Assembly (NCBI GenBank): GCA_964016885.1
Contig: OZ024742.1
Span: 66,464,001-66,528,000 of the forward strand
Length of the DNA stretch: 64,000 bases
Origin: Eledone cirrhosa
Taxonomy: Eukaryota
Direction: 5' to 3'
The notes beneath the pieces are model-generated. The model ran no database searches, had not been told where the DNA came from, and was given only the letters and a program-made list of their open reading frames with translations. Positions within the stretch are counted from its first letter, which is position 1. Each line of letters starts with the position of its first letter. The position numbers were made by a program, and so were the translations under genes. Shown one piece after another: positions 41,270 through 55,059 of the stretch.

Positions 41270-41888
41270 CAATATATAACAGTTTTACAAATAAGATTTG
41301 ACGTACCCTTTTAAAATGCAACCATTATTTTTGGAAGCCATCTGGATAGTGAATTGTTTATATTATTTTAATAAGTCTTAGTGTTAAGGACAATTAGAAA
41401 AAAGACGGAGAGAAAGAAAAAAGACGGAGAGAGAGAAAAAAGAAAAAAGAAAAAAACGTGGAGAAATATCGGAGAGAGAGAAATGCTTGGAGAAAAAAGG
41501 AAGAGATAAATAAAGACAGGAGGAAAGAAAGAAAAAAGAAAAAAAGGAAGAAATAAGGAAAACAGAGGAAAGCAACAGAGAGATATAAAATCATCAGACA
41601 GATAGAAATACTCAAGAGAGAGAAATAATATATAGAGAGAAGGGGAGATAATGAAAACTTTACGTCATGTCATATTAAGTTGAGTCAACAATTTATATGA
41701 AATGAATAATATAAATATAAATATTAATATTCATGAATGGGACATAAATATATAATATGAGAAATTAAACATTGTTTAATAATGATTATATGTTTAGTTT
41801 AAAAATTGAGATCAATATACTAAAATTTGAATTTAGCATCCAAAATGTACACATTGCTAGAGAAACCACTATCTTACGGCAAAGATAC

Positions 41889-41975
<87 letters not shown>

Positions 41976-42413
41976 GCACATCCTGAAAATAGAAATTATA
42001 TCTACTCAAACCTACACTATAGACATACAAAACACAAATGATTTCTCTTAATCACTGCTATACATTCCTTGTGTTATAAAAAGTTCACAGTATATATACA
42101 TAAATATATACGATTAACATTCATGCCTTCATATATACGATTACCATTCATGCATTTAACATTCTGTTAAAATTATGCATATCTGCAATCAAAACTGCGT
42201 GGGTAGGCATGCACACACATACATATACATATATATATATACACATACACATATGTATAAATAAATATTTGCGTGCGTCTTCACCAATTGTTAGACCCGC
42301 ATCACTCATGTACACATACAGACAGATATACAATCATAAAGAACATATAACACTTTTATATGCATGTTAATACACACATACATATTTGTATAGAGATAAT
42401 CAAATATCAATAT

Positions 42414-42590
42414 ATTGGCAGTATCGGTAGAGGGTCGGACGCCATGCTTTCCAGCATAGTTACGTCCCTTTACGATCTGAGTTCAAATCCCGCCGAGGTT
42501 GACTTTGCCTTTCATCCTTACGGGGTCGATAAAATAAAGTACCAGTAATGAACTGGGTAATTGCTGGCCTTGTGCCTAAAGTGGAAACAA
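42414..42590 (+). mobile_element. Octopus-type tRNA SINE
   Basis: A/B boxes and conserved core. Confidence 0.85.
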
Positions 42591-43601
42591 ATATATTACT
42601 AAAGGATTATACTTTGGAAATATAATTATAACAATATAAATTTAAAATACCAAAGGATTATATTTTGGAAATACAATTATATCAGTATAGTCTAAAGGAC
42701 AAACGAATTCTAGAAATATCAAAACATTAAATATCTTTAAAACACTATAGAATATCTTAAGTTAAAATAATGTTTTATATATTTAGTATAGAAATTTATC
42801 CTACGTATATTTCAATCAAGATATTGAAAGGGTAGACTTATGAAAGTTATGAGAAGCTATCAGAATCAAAACAAACCTAATAAAAAAAAAAAATAAAAAA
42901 TAAAAAAAAAAATAAATAAATAAATAAATAAATAAATAAAAAACAAAAAATAAATAAATAAATAAATAAAAAATAATAATAAAAAATAAAAGTTAAATAA
43001 ATATTATATAAATATAATTTAAAAATTTAAAAAGTTTTAAAAGTTTTTAGAAAGTAAAAAAGCCAAGGATTCTACAGATATCAAAAATTAAAATATTTAA
43101 AAATATTCTAAAACCATAGAATACTTCAAGCCAAAATATATTTAGTATAGAAATTTATCTTACGTATATTTTATTTCAGACATTGGAAGTATAGACATCT
43201 TAGAGTAGTTTATTATATCTATCTTTATATTTAGGAAGAAAATTTAAAAAGAAAAAGGTGAAGGAATCTAATGATTTATCGACAGGTTTCATATATTAAC
43301 TAAATTACTTAATTAATTATACTACATTTTAAATTTATATTTATATTTAAACGTTGAGTTCAATCTATGTCTGCAGCAACTGAATAAATTATTCCTTAAA
43401 TTAAGGGAATTTTTGGACTTTAATATAAAGAATATTTCTTCAATACAAAGATCACAATTTTCTGAAGAGGAATTAAAAGGAGTAGCTTTATGAAATAATA
43501 TTCCAAGTCATCGAATATTTAACATTATCTCGTTTTAGGTCCCATAGTAGGCTAGATAGCGAAGTTGAAGATTTTTTGTTTGGATCTGTGAAAGAATTTT
43601 T

Positions 43602-43655
<54 letters not shown>

Positions 43656-43907
43656 AAAAGATGAAATCGAAAATGCAACTGAAGTCTTTTTGAACTGCGA
43701 AACCGGTAAAGGAACCAAATAAATATATATTTTTATAAAAAAAGACTCTAATTGCATTTTCGATTTCAACTTTTTTCCTTCTACTTTCACTCGTGTAGGA
43801 CACCTCGTTTTTTTTTCATTTTGTAAAAAAACATCACACTCTAATATATATAAATATATACATTTGTTTTGCGATGTTTTTTTATATGAAATCGTGTGTC
43901 CAAACAA

Positions 43908-44367
43908 ATATTGTTATAGTTGGTGGGGGTCATATTGTTGTAATGGTATTGCCACAAATAATAACAGAACACACTCACGGTTTCGTTGGTTTTCGCTTCT
44001 GTATCTTTTATATCCCCACAGTTAATTCATTTTGCAAAGAATGTTTATCACTGATTGACCAACGGTCAAAAATACAGATATAAACACATATATATATAGT
44101 CTAACAAAGTTCTTTCGCAACATCATCAGTGGTACTATTATGTACCACTGATGATGTTGCAAAAGAACTTTGTTAGACTATATATATGTTTTTATATCTG
44201 TATTTTTGACCGTTGGTTAGTCAATGATAAACATTGAGGGCCAAATGAATTAACTGTGGAGATATAAAAGATACGGAGGCGAAAACCATCCAAACAGTGA
44301 GTGTGTTCTGTTATTATTTCTGGCAATATTATTACAACAATATGACCCTCCCCAAATATAACAATAT
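43908..44367. repeat. ~460-bp palindrome centred on 44136-44141 with HHR-like motifs at the centre
   Basis: Inner arms near-perfect, outer arms diverged. Related single copy at about 52160-52320. Confidence 0.9.
44102..44134 (-). ncRNA. Ultra-minimal hammerhead-like motif (family I)
   Basis: tacca CTGATGA tgttgc GAA AGAACT T tgtta. Helix II almost absent. Mirror copy 44143-44175 has GAAA changed to AAAA. Confidence 0.45.
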
Positions 44368-44394
44368 ATATATATATAAATAATAATAATAATA

Positions 44395-45340
44395 ATAAGG
44401 GTTGACGGACCCACCATATTTATCAATGCTGGTTGTATCTCAGCGCACTCCATGGGCAATGTGAGATACATTACCAGAGTATGCACAAAGTTATTTGCTT
44501 CAACACAACACACGTAAAACGGGTGCCTATAATGTTCCCGGACTCCAGTTTCTGCCGCACTAATGCAGTAAGGTGCACTGCACCATCTGTCTGCATATAT
44601 TATGCAACAATGCACAATTGGCTTATGCGGCTTCATCAGCGGGTATAGCCTAATCAATAACCAATCGATCGACAGAATCCTAAGACCAGTCTATGCCGGC
44701 CATGACTGTGACGACTGACACGGTAAAGCTATTAGCAACTGGCACCCGATAGGACTTTATCTCTCAACTAGCCACTGATTTACAAATTTTACGTGGGGAC
44801 GGGAAGCTAAAAAGAATCAATCTTTTGGTTCCTGCCAGAAGCCCTCAGCCAACGTGTCTCACACACAAATTATCAAGGGCTGAAAAGATGGCCATTAGAA
44901 ATAGCAGTTCACCATGATATAAAAAGAGAATGGTAGCATTTGGTTCATGTCTCCAAGCCCCACGGTTAGAGGAAAGCGATGATAACAATGGTAGAACCTT
45001 TAACGAACTTTAAATGCCATCATCCATTATATAGCAATATAGTAGCGAGCTGAAATGTGTCAGCCGCGTGCGTAGATAACCAGTCTATTTCACAATTTAA
45101 AAGAGTGAGAGACAAAATTAATAGCAGGAAAAAAGAGTGCATATCAAAACAAAAACACAATAAAAAGTGAAAAATTGTTTAACTTACTCTCAATAGTCCG
45201 CTAGTTGGGAGATAATAATAATAAGCGTTCACGGACCCAGCATATTCATCAATGCCAGTACCGGTTGTATCTCAGCGCATTCCATGGGCAATGTAAGATA
45301 CATTACCAGAGTATGCACAAAGTTATTTGCTTCAACACAA
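44395..45340 (-). mobile_element. Non-coding retrozyme-like/non-autonomous PLE unit with terminal direct repeats
   Basis: 44395-44510 repeats at 45220-45340. An HHR lies just upstream of the 3' repeat. No recognisable ORF. Confidence 0.7.
44537..44643 (-). ncRNA. Type I hammerhead (family J), canonical core, extended helix II
   Basis: cccg CTGATGA a-gccgcat ... gtgcggc-a GAA ACTGGAGT C cggg. Confidence 0.85.
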
Positions 45341-45427
45341 TATATATATATATATATATATGTATATGTGTATGTGTGTGTGTGTGTGCGTGCGCGCGCG
45401 TGTGTGTGTGTGTCTGTGTGTGTGTGC

Positions 45428-45462
<35 letters not shown>

Positions 45463-46370
45463 TGTCTGTGTGTGTGTGCGTGTGTGTGTGTGTGCGTGTG
45501 CGTGCGTGTGCGTGTGTATGTCTGTAAGTATATATGTATACAACACTCCAACCGAAGACTTTTGCTTCATATCACACCATACTGTTTACGTCTTAAATCA
45601 ATAATTTTCACTAAATTCTTTAAAATTCAATATATCTCGGGAACTGGGAATCCATACCGATAAGATTCTCCATTCTTGATAAGTGAATTTTTTTAAACGT
45701 TCTTTTTGTGCTGTTTTCGTTTCAGAACTGATCCATGAATATTTTTATTTTTTGTTATACTTAAATATAACATCTATGGAAAATCTCTGAAATAGCAGTG
45801 AAAAAATGGGAGGGAGGGAAATTATTCTATTACTATAGAAAAAAGAAAACTGAAAACAAATCTTTTATAATCATATTAAAGTTTCCGTTTCTATTTGTTT
45901 TCTGTAATATTGTGGATTTTTTTCTCTCAAATTAATCGTGTTTACAGAGTTGGGGATAATTCTCTTTGCTTGTTTACACTATATACATAATTTAATTTAG
46001 TAGTAGTAGTAGCAGCAGCAGCAACAGCAGAGCAGCAGTAGTAGTAGTAGTAATAGGAGCAGTAGCAGTTTTAGCAGTATTAATATTAAATCACCTGTAA
46101 GCTGGCTAGTTTGGAGAGGAGAGTGTCGCCCTCGAACGGTGCTCTTAGAGATTAGGGTGATTTGGTAGAGCTTTTGAGTCACCCCTGGGTGGTACTCCAC
46201 CCTATTGGAGAATTTTCATTGTTATAATTTTATTGGTATTTTGTATTTGTTAAACCTTTTTTTACTCGATGTTTCTGTAACTCGAACTGCCTCTGTTTTT
46301 GTATTTTCTCCTATTTGTCGGCTGTTGTGGCCAATATAGAAATTATTATCATTATTATTATTTGGCAAGT

Positions 46371-46573
46371 GGCGGTGGATTGGTAGTATCGGTAGAGGGT
46401 CGGACGCCATGCTTTGCAGTAAAGAGTTACGGCGCTTTATGGTATGAGTTCAAATCCCGCCGAGGTTAACTTTGCCTTTCATCCTTACGGTGTCGATAAA
46501 ATAAAGTACCAATAATACACTGGGATAATTGCTGGCCTTGTGCCAAAAGTAGAAACAATCATTGTTATTATTA
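46371..46573 (+). mobile_element. Octopus-type tRNA SINE, full length
   Basis: ggcggtggattggtagtatcggtagag..gagttcaaatccc.. with an (ATT)n tail. Confidence 0.85.
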
Positions 46574-46967
46574 TCATTAGTAGTAGTAGTAATAGTACTA
46601 GTAGTAGTTGTAATAGTAATTGTAGTAGTATAAATAGTACTGGTAGTAGTAGAAATAATAAATACTGGTAGTAGTTGTAATAGTAATTGTAGTAGTAGCA
46701 ATAGTACTAGTAGTAATTGTAATAGTACTTGCAGTAGTATTAATAGAAGTATTAATAGTAGTATAATTAGTAGTAGTTGTAATAGTAATTGTAGTAGTAG
46801 TAGTAATAGTAGTACTAGTAATTCTATATCCACATTAAATATATTTAGTATTGTTTCCAATATTTGTATTATTCTACATTCCAATTCTTTCAGTTATTTA
46901 AACTTGATCTATAGAAATCAATCTTTTAAAATCATCTTTCTTCAAATATCATCTTCTTTTAATTTTT

Positions 46968-47027
<60 letters not shown>

Positions 47028-47451
47028 AATCACTACAACCCACTACTACTTTCTTCATCTTCTTCTTCTTAACAGTACCTTTTTCCCCACTGCCATTTTT
47101 CACAATCACCTCCTTCTCAACACAATAACAACAATAATAATATGACATTCGTCATCATCATCATCATTATCTCTGTTTTTTACATTGTCTTTACTACTTT
47201 TTTTTAATCGTAGATTCATCCAATTCCATTCACTTCTTTGTTTTTATTTTTCGTCTTGATTGTATGTTTGTTTTTTATCAGTGTTCCACAGTCGTCTTGT
47301 CAAAGTTGTGGAGCTAATTTTACAAACATAATTGTGTTGATCAAGCGTCATCTGATTATTTCCTAATTACATTTAACTAATTAAGGCTGTTCACTTGAAT
47401 GGATTTTATAGCCTAACAGTTTTTACGCAGAATTTCTTTCAATTCTTCAGT

Positions 47452-47579
<128 letters not shown>

Positions 47580-49340
47580 CACACACACACGCATATATAT
47601 ATATATATATATTTGTGTGTATATGTGTTTGTGTGTGTATGTGTGAGCGAGTGTGTGTACGTGTGTACATACAAGTAATTATGCGTGTAAAAAATATGTT
47701 TTGCCACAAATTAAAGTCGCATCCTTATAATTCAAACGAACGTCATTTGCTAAAACTAATTTATATCGAAACGCCATTAATATTATGCATCGCAATACCT
47801 TATATAATATTTGCATTAATCTGTTCAGGGGTTATCTCTTCTACTATTCAACGACAAATCATTTAGTGCTGTCGTATTTATCCACGTGTTGCATTACATA
47901 CGCAGTTTGTTGAGGATGATTCTTCCATTTTTTTTTTCGGCCATTTCAATCTAATGTCCAATTTCCACTTTTATGAGGTGACAGTGTAATATCATTTGTT
48001 AAGGAATGGTAAGGCTCCTTCATATAGGCTTCTGGATACGAGGATATACTAGAATAGTTCGTGCCTCACAGAGATGGAATCGGTGCTATATATTGCAGTC
48101 AACCAGTTTGATCCCTTTTTTCTACTTTGCTTCCCTGCTGGACCTGAACGAAAGAAGGAAACACTCCGCCACCTAATGCGACAATGGCATAGTGATTTGA
48201 TGCTGTTGAAACTGCCTCTGTAAATCCCCATTGCCGTCATTTACGCTAATCTTTGCCTAGGTTTATAGAAAAAAAAATTCAAAGCCACATGCTATGGCAT
48301 TCACTCAAATATTGTATTACATACACACGTGTAGAATGATACAATCCAATGAGCAGATGTTACGGGCAAAAGGTTTTCGTGTTACTAAGTCTCGGTCTTG
48401 GCTGAGAATGTCAGACTACCAGTGCCGTAGGCTTTGTCCATCTCTATGTATATGATGCTAGAGCAGATATGTATTGAAAAATTTTGCGCCAGTTGTTGAA
48501 AGGCTTAGAAAGAAATATGAGCTCCCTTCCTTCATGAGTCAAAATTTTCATGGGGAAGCTTGTAGAATCTGAATTGATGCAAGATGACGCTGCTATGTTT
48601 TTGGTTGTCACATCTATAATTTAAGATTGGATGCTTAATACAATGTTATCAACTATGTGTTCGCATTTCATGCCTAACAAACTGGGTTGGTGAATGCAGG
48701 TATTAGTGTTAATGTTATTAAGTAATTGCACAGAAGCAATCAATAAAGTGCCAATTGTTATGAGAAATACAAAGTTTTTCAGCTTATGGAAATATATGAC
48801 TGGTTGCAATGCACATTCATTTATACTTTATGGACTTTCTGTTTATAGAATGTATGTATTTGTTTCATTTGTTGTTCAGTTGGTGTTATTAGAAGCAATT
48901 AAGGAGCATGTCAGAAACATAACGAGTAAAGTGTACAAATAAAGTTTTAAAAAGTATGTTATGTCGTGGGGGTAACAAATTGATAAAATTGATAAAATTG
49001 ATAAAATTGATAAAATTGATAAAATTTAGTTGTGCCTATAAAAATATTAATCCAATTCATGGAAAAATCCAAATTGAATTTCTAAGGAAGGTGTGAATAT
49101 CCAGGATAAAGTTGCAAAAAGAAAAGAAAAACAACAAAACAAAAAGTTGAAGAGAATTCCTTTTTAAATAAAAAAAATAGAGTGAGCAGTAATTTAATAA
49201 AACTCAGTAGCATTGTAGAAATGCATTAAACAAGTAAAAATGTCATTCAATATTTGAAAATCATTTGAAAAAAACAATATTATCGAAATGCCAGAAGCCA
49301 AACCAAACCCGGAAAGACATCCATTTAAGTCGAATAAAAT

Positions 49341-49525
49341 AATTGTTTCTACTTTAGGCACAAGGCCAGCAATTACCCAGTTCATTACAGGTACTTTATT
49401 TTATCGACACCGTAAGGATGAAAGGCAAAGTCAACCTCGGCGGGATCTGAACTCAGATCGTAAAGGGACGTAACTATGCTGGAAAGCATGGCGTCCGACC
49501 CTCTACCGATACTGCCAATCCACTG
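49341..49525 (-). mobile_element. Octopus-type tRNA SINE
   Basis: Nearly identical to 42414-42590 in reverse. Confidence 0.85.
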
Positions 49526-50059
49526 GTTTCTAATTTTGGTACAAGGTGACCAATTTTGTATGTATGAGAAAGTAGATTATATCAAAACCAGCTCTTGACT
49601 GGTACGTTATTTTATTGAACAAGGAATAGTGAAATGTAAATTTTATTCTGTGGCAATTAATATCATAGGACAAAGAGCCAGAGAGATCAGAATCGTCTCT
49701 GACAGCACTATCATCAACATAAATATAATAACAATCATGATGCTGATAAAGTCTATGATTCTTCTCCTTATCACCATTATCATCAGGCTTCTTTTGGGAC
49801 AGCCTGCCAATCCCCATTCATGTCTCTCTAGTCAAAAGACATGTCCTTGAATTCCGAATGGGTTAAGTTTTCGGGTGCAGATTTGTGATTCAGTTAATTT
49901 GCTGTTGAATTTGTGGATGATGATGTTGGTATTTTGCTACTTTTGTAGTGATATTATTGTTGTATTTTCGTATTGTTGCTGACCATAACGTAACTGTTCA
50001 TGGTATCGTTCATGTTGTTACTGTTGCTTTTGTTGGAAGTACGTAATATTAATGGACGT

Positions 50060-50840
50060 CTGTACTGCTTTTCGCATCCATTTTGCTTGCGTTGGGGGGT
50101 ATAAATCCTTCAGGTATAAATTTCGCGCCTGTAGAATTTATCCCAAAATGGCAATAAAGCCCGGTATCACTGCCAAGCTAGGGAATTCTGGAAGTTACCC
50201 ATAGTACCCGGATCTAAACTCCTCCAGAAAAGATTGTTCAGTTTGATTTTGTCGACGGCCAGAGCCTGTGCGAGTACGTCGTCGCGCTTGTTCACCACTA
50301 ACCCTCAATACAACTCGAATATGGAAGTTCCATTGAGCGCATTATCCGCCTGGTAGTGAACGCCTGGTAACCATCCAGATGCCAGGTTGCCAATTTCGGT
50401 CTCTTCTTGACCCAAAGGTGCAGCTCAGTCAAAGAGATGAACTGCACAAAGGCCTGTCTCAGAAACGGCAGCCAGACCTGTTCATTGATTAGGCAGAATA
50501 TTTGAAGATGCCACAGCCTTAGCACTTGTCTGCGCATCATTAGCCATGGCAAGCCCAACCTTTGGCGTAGAGGGTGGTGGAAGCAGAAAGACCATCTCAA
50601 CAAAAGAACATATCCCCTCCACAAGACGTTGAAGAGGAGCCAATTTGGCGAGGCGCGAACGAGTGAAAAGCACGACGGTCAGGCGGTAGTAACTGACGGA
50701 TATGACGTATGCGTCCGCTACCTATACCCGACTTTTCAGAAACAGCTTCCTCTCAGCCCAAAGGTAAGGAAACTCTTAGGGTCACTCGTGTAAAGAGCAA
50801 GCAGGCTGCCTACAACCCTTTCAAACATGTCCACCATCCG
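50060..50840 (-). mobile_element. Decayed Tx1 ORF2 fragment
   Basis: LGLPWLMMRRQVLRLWHLQIF..ISLTELHLWVK. Confidence 0.8.
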
Positions 50841-51344
50841 ACCTCAATAATAATAATAATTTATTTTTTAGTTCCATCACATTGCATTGAAATAATGTAT
50901 TTTCTTTAAATTTCAGAACGAAGATACTTATTTTGGTGAAGGATCGCCAAATTCCGCTCGACTTTATTTCATCTCAGAGTGGTAACGAGAACGTAAGTAG
51001 CTGCTTTGAAGTATTTTGTTTGCCGAATTACAAATTCTGATATTAATCAATAAAAGTTAATCCTAATTATAATCAGTTAAATGTGGACAGCGTGATTAAA
51101 GTAGGTTTCTATAAAGATATTGAATTTATAGGCTTTGTAGTTGGTGCTAAGTACTGAAAGTGCACCAACTGACCATATTTTGGTCATAGATTTAGCCTAA
51201 TCTAAGATGGTAGTGGAATTAAGTTATTTTGATTCTCTCCAATACCTCTGTTTGATGAAGGCATTAAATTTGTTATAGTTTTATTCCTTTACGAACTTCA
51301 TTCATACGCACAGCATTGAAAACTAATTATATCTATAACATAAT

Positions 51345-51563
51345 AGTTTCCAATTCAGGCAAAAGGCCAGATATTTGGTTGTGTGTGTGTTAGGGTGGAA
51401 TGCCGATTGCAACAATCCAGAACTTGAATAGTACTTTATTTTATCTATCCCAGGAGGATAAACGGGGAATTGATTTTGGCGTGATTTGCTCACTGTATGT
51501 TAAAAACTGGAACAAATCCTGCAAAGCTTTTCTCTGAGGCTCTAACGATTCTGCCCTTCCACA
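51345..51563 (-). mobile_element. Old diverged SINE of the same superfamily
   Basis: gtactttattttatct..ggaggataaa..ctaacgattctgcc remnants. Confidence 0.6.
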
Positions 51564-52420
51564 CTACTAATGGACTAATGAATAATCGTTTCTACCAGAA
51601 CAAAATCATGGAGTTATATGCCCAACTTCACAGTATAAACGTGCATTGAATCTCTTAAATCTAACAGAATTTAATATTCAAAACTCTTAACTCGCTCAAT
51701 TTAGATTGTTTATTTATATTTTATTTATATTTTGCCGGATTGATAAAACTTAAATGGTAGAACAACCACCGGATATAGGTCAGGGGTGAGTTGGAGCCCC
51801 ACACGTGACTCTGTCCATATATTTAACTCCACATAGTCTAATATGTTGGAAATATAATCCTAAGTTTCACAGTCAAAAACGAGCATTGTAACTGTTAATT
51901 CCAAGCTTTTGCATATGACAGATGCCAATCACTCAACTGTATATATATATCCGGAGTATTATTATCATAATAATAGTAATAAACGAAAAATATATACTTT
52001 ATATCATCTCTATTTATTTCATTATATATATTTCGAAGATGCAAAGTTTTATGTATAACATAAACAAGAACATATCCTCTTCAGACAAAATACTTACGAG
52101 ATGTATAATTTTTCATGATATGTTGGTAGCCAACGAGCTGGACATAACTGTGACCACCACTATGGAGATATAAAAATTACAGAAGCGAAAACCAATCCAA
52201 ACCAAAGAGTGAGTGTGTTTTATTAGTATTTCTGGCAATATTTTAACAATATGACCCTCCCCAAATATAACCATATTTGTTTCAACACACAAGTTCATAT
52301 GAAAAACCATGCAAAACAAATATGAGATGTCAATATGACTGGACTTGTTATTTTATCTAAAGACGTGTTTTCCTATTCCAACCCACCCGTCCCTTCAATC
52401 TATCTTATTTCTCATTCTTT

Positions 52421-52453
52421 CTTCTGATGAAGGACTAGCGTCCGAAGCGTTAG
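52421..52453 (+). ncRNA. Minimal hammerhead (family K), A15.1 mutated
   Basis: tt CTGATGA a-ggac-tagc-gtcc GAA GCGT T ag. Confidence 0.55.
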
Positions 52454-52613
52454 CCTAATATATTCCTTCCATACCGATTGTGTTCTTATTTCTGTTTACC
52501 TTTTACACACACACACAAACACACGCAAGGTTCTGATACCACGTGCGTTATTGTATTTACGCACACTATTCAATTTTCTGATATATCTAGAAGTGAAGGA
52601 GTTTACCAATTTT

Positions 52614-52696
52614 TCACCCACTGATGAACAATAAGAATTGGTAATTCTCTTCACAATTGGATTGCGAAACAACATCGCCAAACGCTGTCTGGGTGA
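52614..52696 (+). ncRNA. Type I hammerhead (family L)
   Basis: tcaccca CTGATGA acaat ... attgc GAA ACA acatcgccaaacgc TGT C tgggtga. Perfect 7-bp helix I, GUC site. Confidence 0.85.
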
Positions 52697-52975
52697 TTGG
52701 TAGTTACCACAATTCCGGTTTGTATTTATTTTCTTGACTTATTCTTAAAGTGAGTCTGGCGAACCCTATTGTCCATAGTTAGTATCTTTTTCACCTTAGC
52801 GAATCTGGTCCTTTACAATTTCAACACATATATGTATATGTCTGTCTTTATCTGTCTTTTATATTCAATTATATTACACGGCTCGGAAAAATGTCTTTCC
52901 TTGATCTATTTTATTTTAAGAGACTATTTGATTTTCTAAATCAATGTATACCTTTGATATATATATATATATGTA

Positions 52976-53063
<88 letters not shown>

Positions 53064-53111
53064 TTATAAAGTAAAACAAAGAAGCCTTCAATACATCAAA
53101 AGTATTTATTA

Positions 53112-53149
53112 GCCAACAATGCTTCGTCCTATTAAGGACTTATCAGGGC
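53112..53149 (-). ncRNA. Decayed minimal hammerhead (family M)
   Basis: gcc CTGATAA gtcct-taat-aggac GAA GCATTGT T ggc. Two core substitutions. Confidence 0.6.
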
Positions 53150-55059
53150 AATTAAAACAACAAGAAGTATTATCGGCCAATACAAGCCGAAAACTCCGAA
53201 GAATATGGAGTGTACATACACTAAAGTATTGCAAGATTATGGGTAAAAATATATAATAAAAATCTCTAAGGAGGTGTATAACATTTAGAACCATATTACA
53301 AATATAGTCCAAAGCAAAAACACCTAGAGCTAAACAAAGGTGGTTATATAGAGCGGGGATTATATATAATACTATATAAAATAATATAATATACTTGTAA
53401 CAATATTAAAATTACAATAAAAATTAAAAGGTACAATATACATATGTATATATGTACGCACACGTACGCACCCATACACATACATCAATACACATATCCA
53501 TCTTCAACACCACAAATTAAACCTTATTAAGAGTTTAAATATAAATAAGCATGATAGGAATAAAAATAATAATAATAATAATAATAATACGTATATCTAA
53601 TATACATGAGGTAATAATATGATATAATTATAAGTATAAGTAGCACATATAATATATAATAAACTATACAATTATATACTATATAATATAATATAATAGA
53701 TATTCTCCGGTTAATTTACACAAACAATATAGGTGTCACAATAATACTATAATAATAATATAATAACATATATAATATATAATATATAATGGCATGCAAG
53801 TTAACAAATCAATTCATATAGAGTTACAGAGTAGGTGAGAAAAAAAAAATATAAATTGTACAATACCCAAAATTATGATGGTACAAAAATATAAACATCT
53901 TACATGATATATAAAGTTTAACATATCACAATGGTACATATAATCAACGGTAAGTAATAAGGATCGATAGTACAATAACAAATACAATATAAAATAATTA
54001 ACATAATATAATATATAATTACTTATAATTACAAGGATGGTAAACAGACATATATGTGGATGAGTGAGTAAGGGCCAGACAGTAAATAGAATGCACAGTA
54101 GTATTAATAAATAAAAAAATAGAATCAACCGGAAATTAAAAACAAAAAACAAAAGTGCATACTTAGGTCTCACATGCAGTTAAGTAAAAACTTAGGAAAC
54201 AACCCCGGTAAATGACTCGAAAACCCTATTTGATAAATTGATATTAAAAATATTTAAAATATCTAATAAGGCAATACAATATTAGCTATGGTTTAAGTAA
54301 TCAAAATTTATAAACGTTAATATTTCACTACAAATAGATATATAAAGGAATGAAATTTTCTACTATCATTTACATAACGATATCTAAAAAACTGACTTAA
54401 GCAGAATTATGGTAGGCTAATAGGGACAGAAAAAAAGAAGTATACGGAGGATACAAAGGAGCATAAAATCATAGTCAATATACTATATTAAATAATAGAA
54501 AGGAGCGAAAAAGAGGGGGGAGGGTTAAATATAATCATAATCTATTTGGAGGGGTTGACAATAAGTTTATGTGCGCATGGGGGGGGGGAGGGAGGGTTGT
54601 CCAAAGAAGAATCCAAATAAAATAAAATAAAATGAAATAAAATAAAATAATGTAAAATATATAAAATCAGATATAAACTCATAAGGTGTTAATAGTGAAA
54701 ATTTAATGCGTAAGAAGATAGATATGGTATAGTAGCCAAAAGATTGTAAGAGCTAGAATAAAGAGTTGTCAAAAACCAATGATAATAATGATGATAATAA
54801 TGGTGGTAAACAAAAAGAACCTAAACTAAAAAATAAGTAATGGAATATATCAGCTAATGGATACAATTTACACTACTAGAATCTTTAGGTTTATAATAAA
54901 AGTAAGAATTAGAAATAGCGTGGGGGCAAGAAGAGAATATCTCAGTCTAAGATGAATATGCAAATGAGGTTGAGGTATAGGGCTGAAAAAAAAACGTTAT
55001 TTTTAGATGCTATGCAGATTTAAATAATTATTAGGATATATATATGTATGTGTAGGAAG

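Noticed and set aside
42414-42500. tRNA gene (A/B boxes)
   Set aside because: No cloverleaf; it is the head of a multi-copy SINE.
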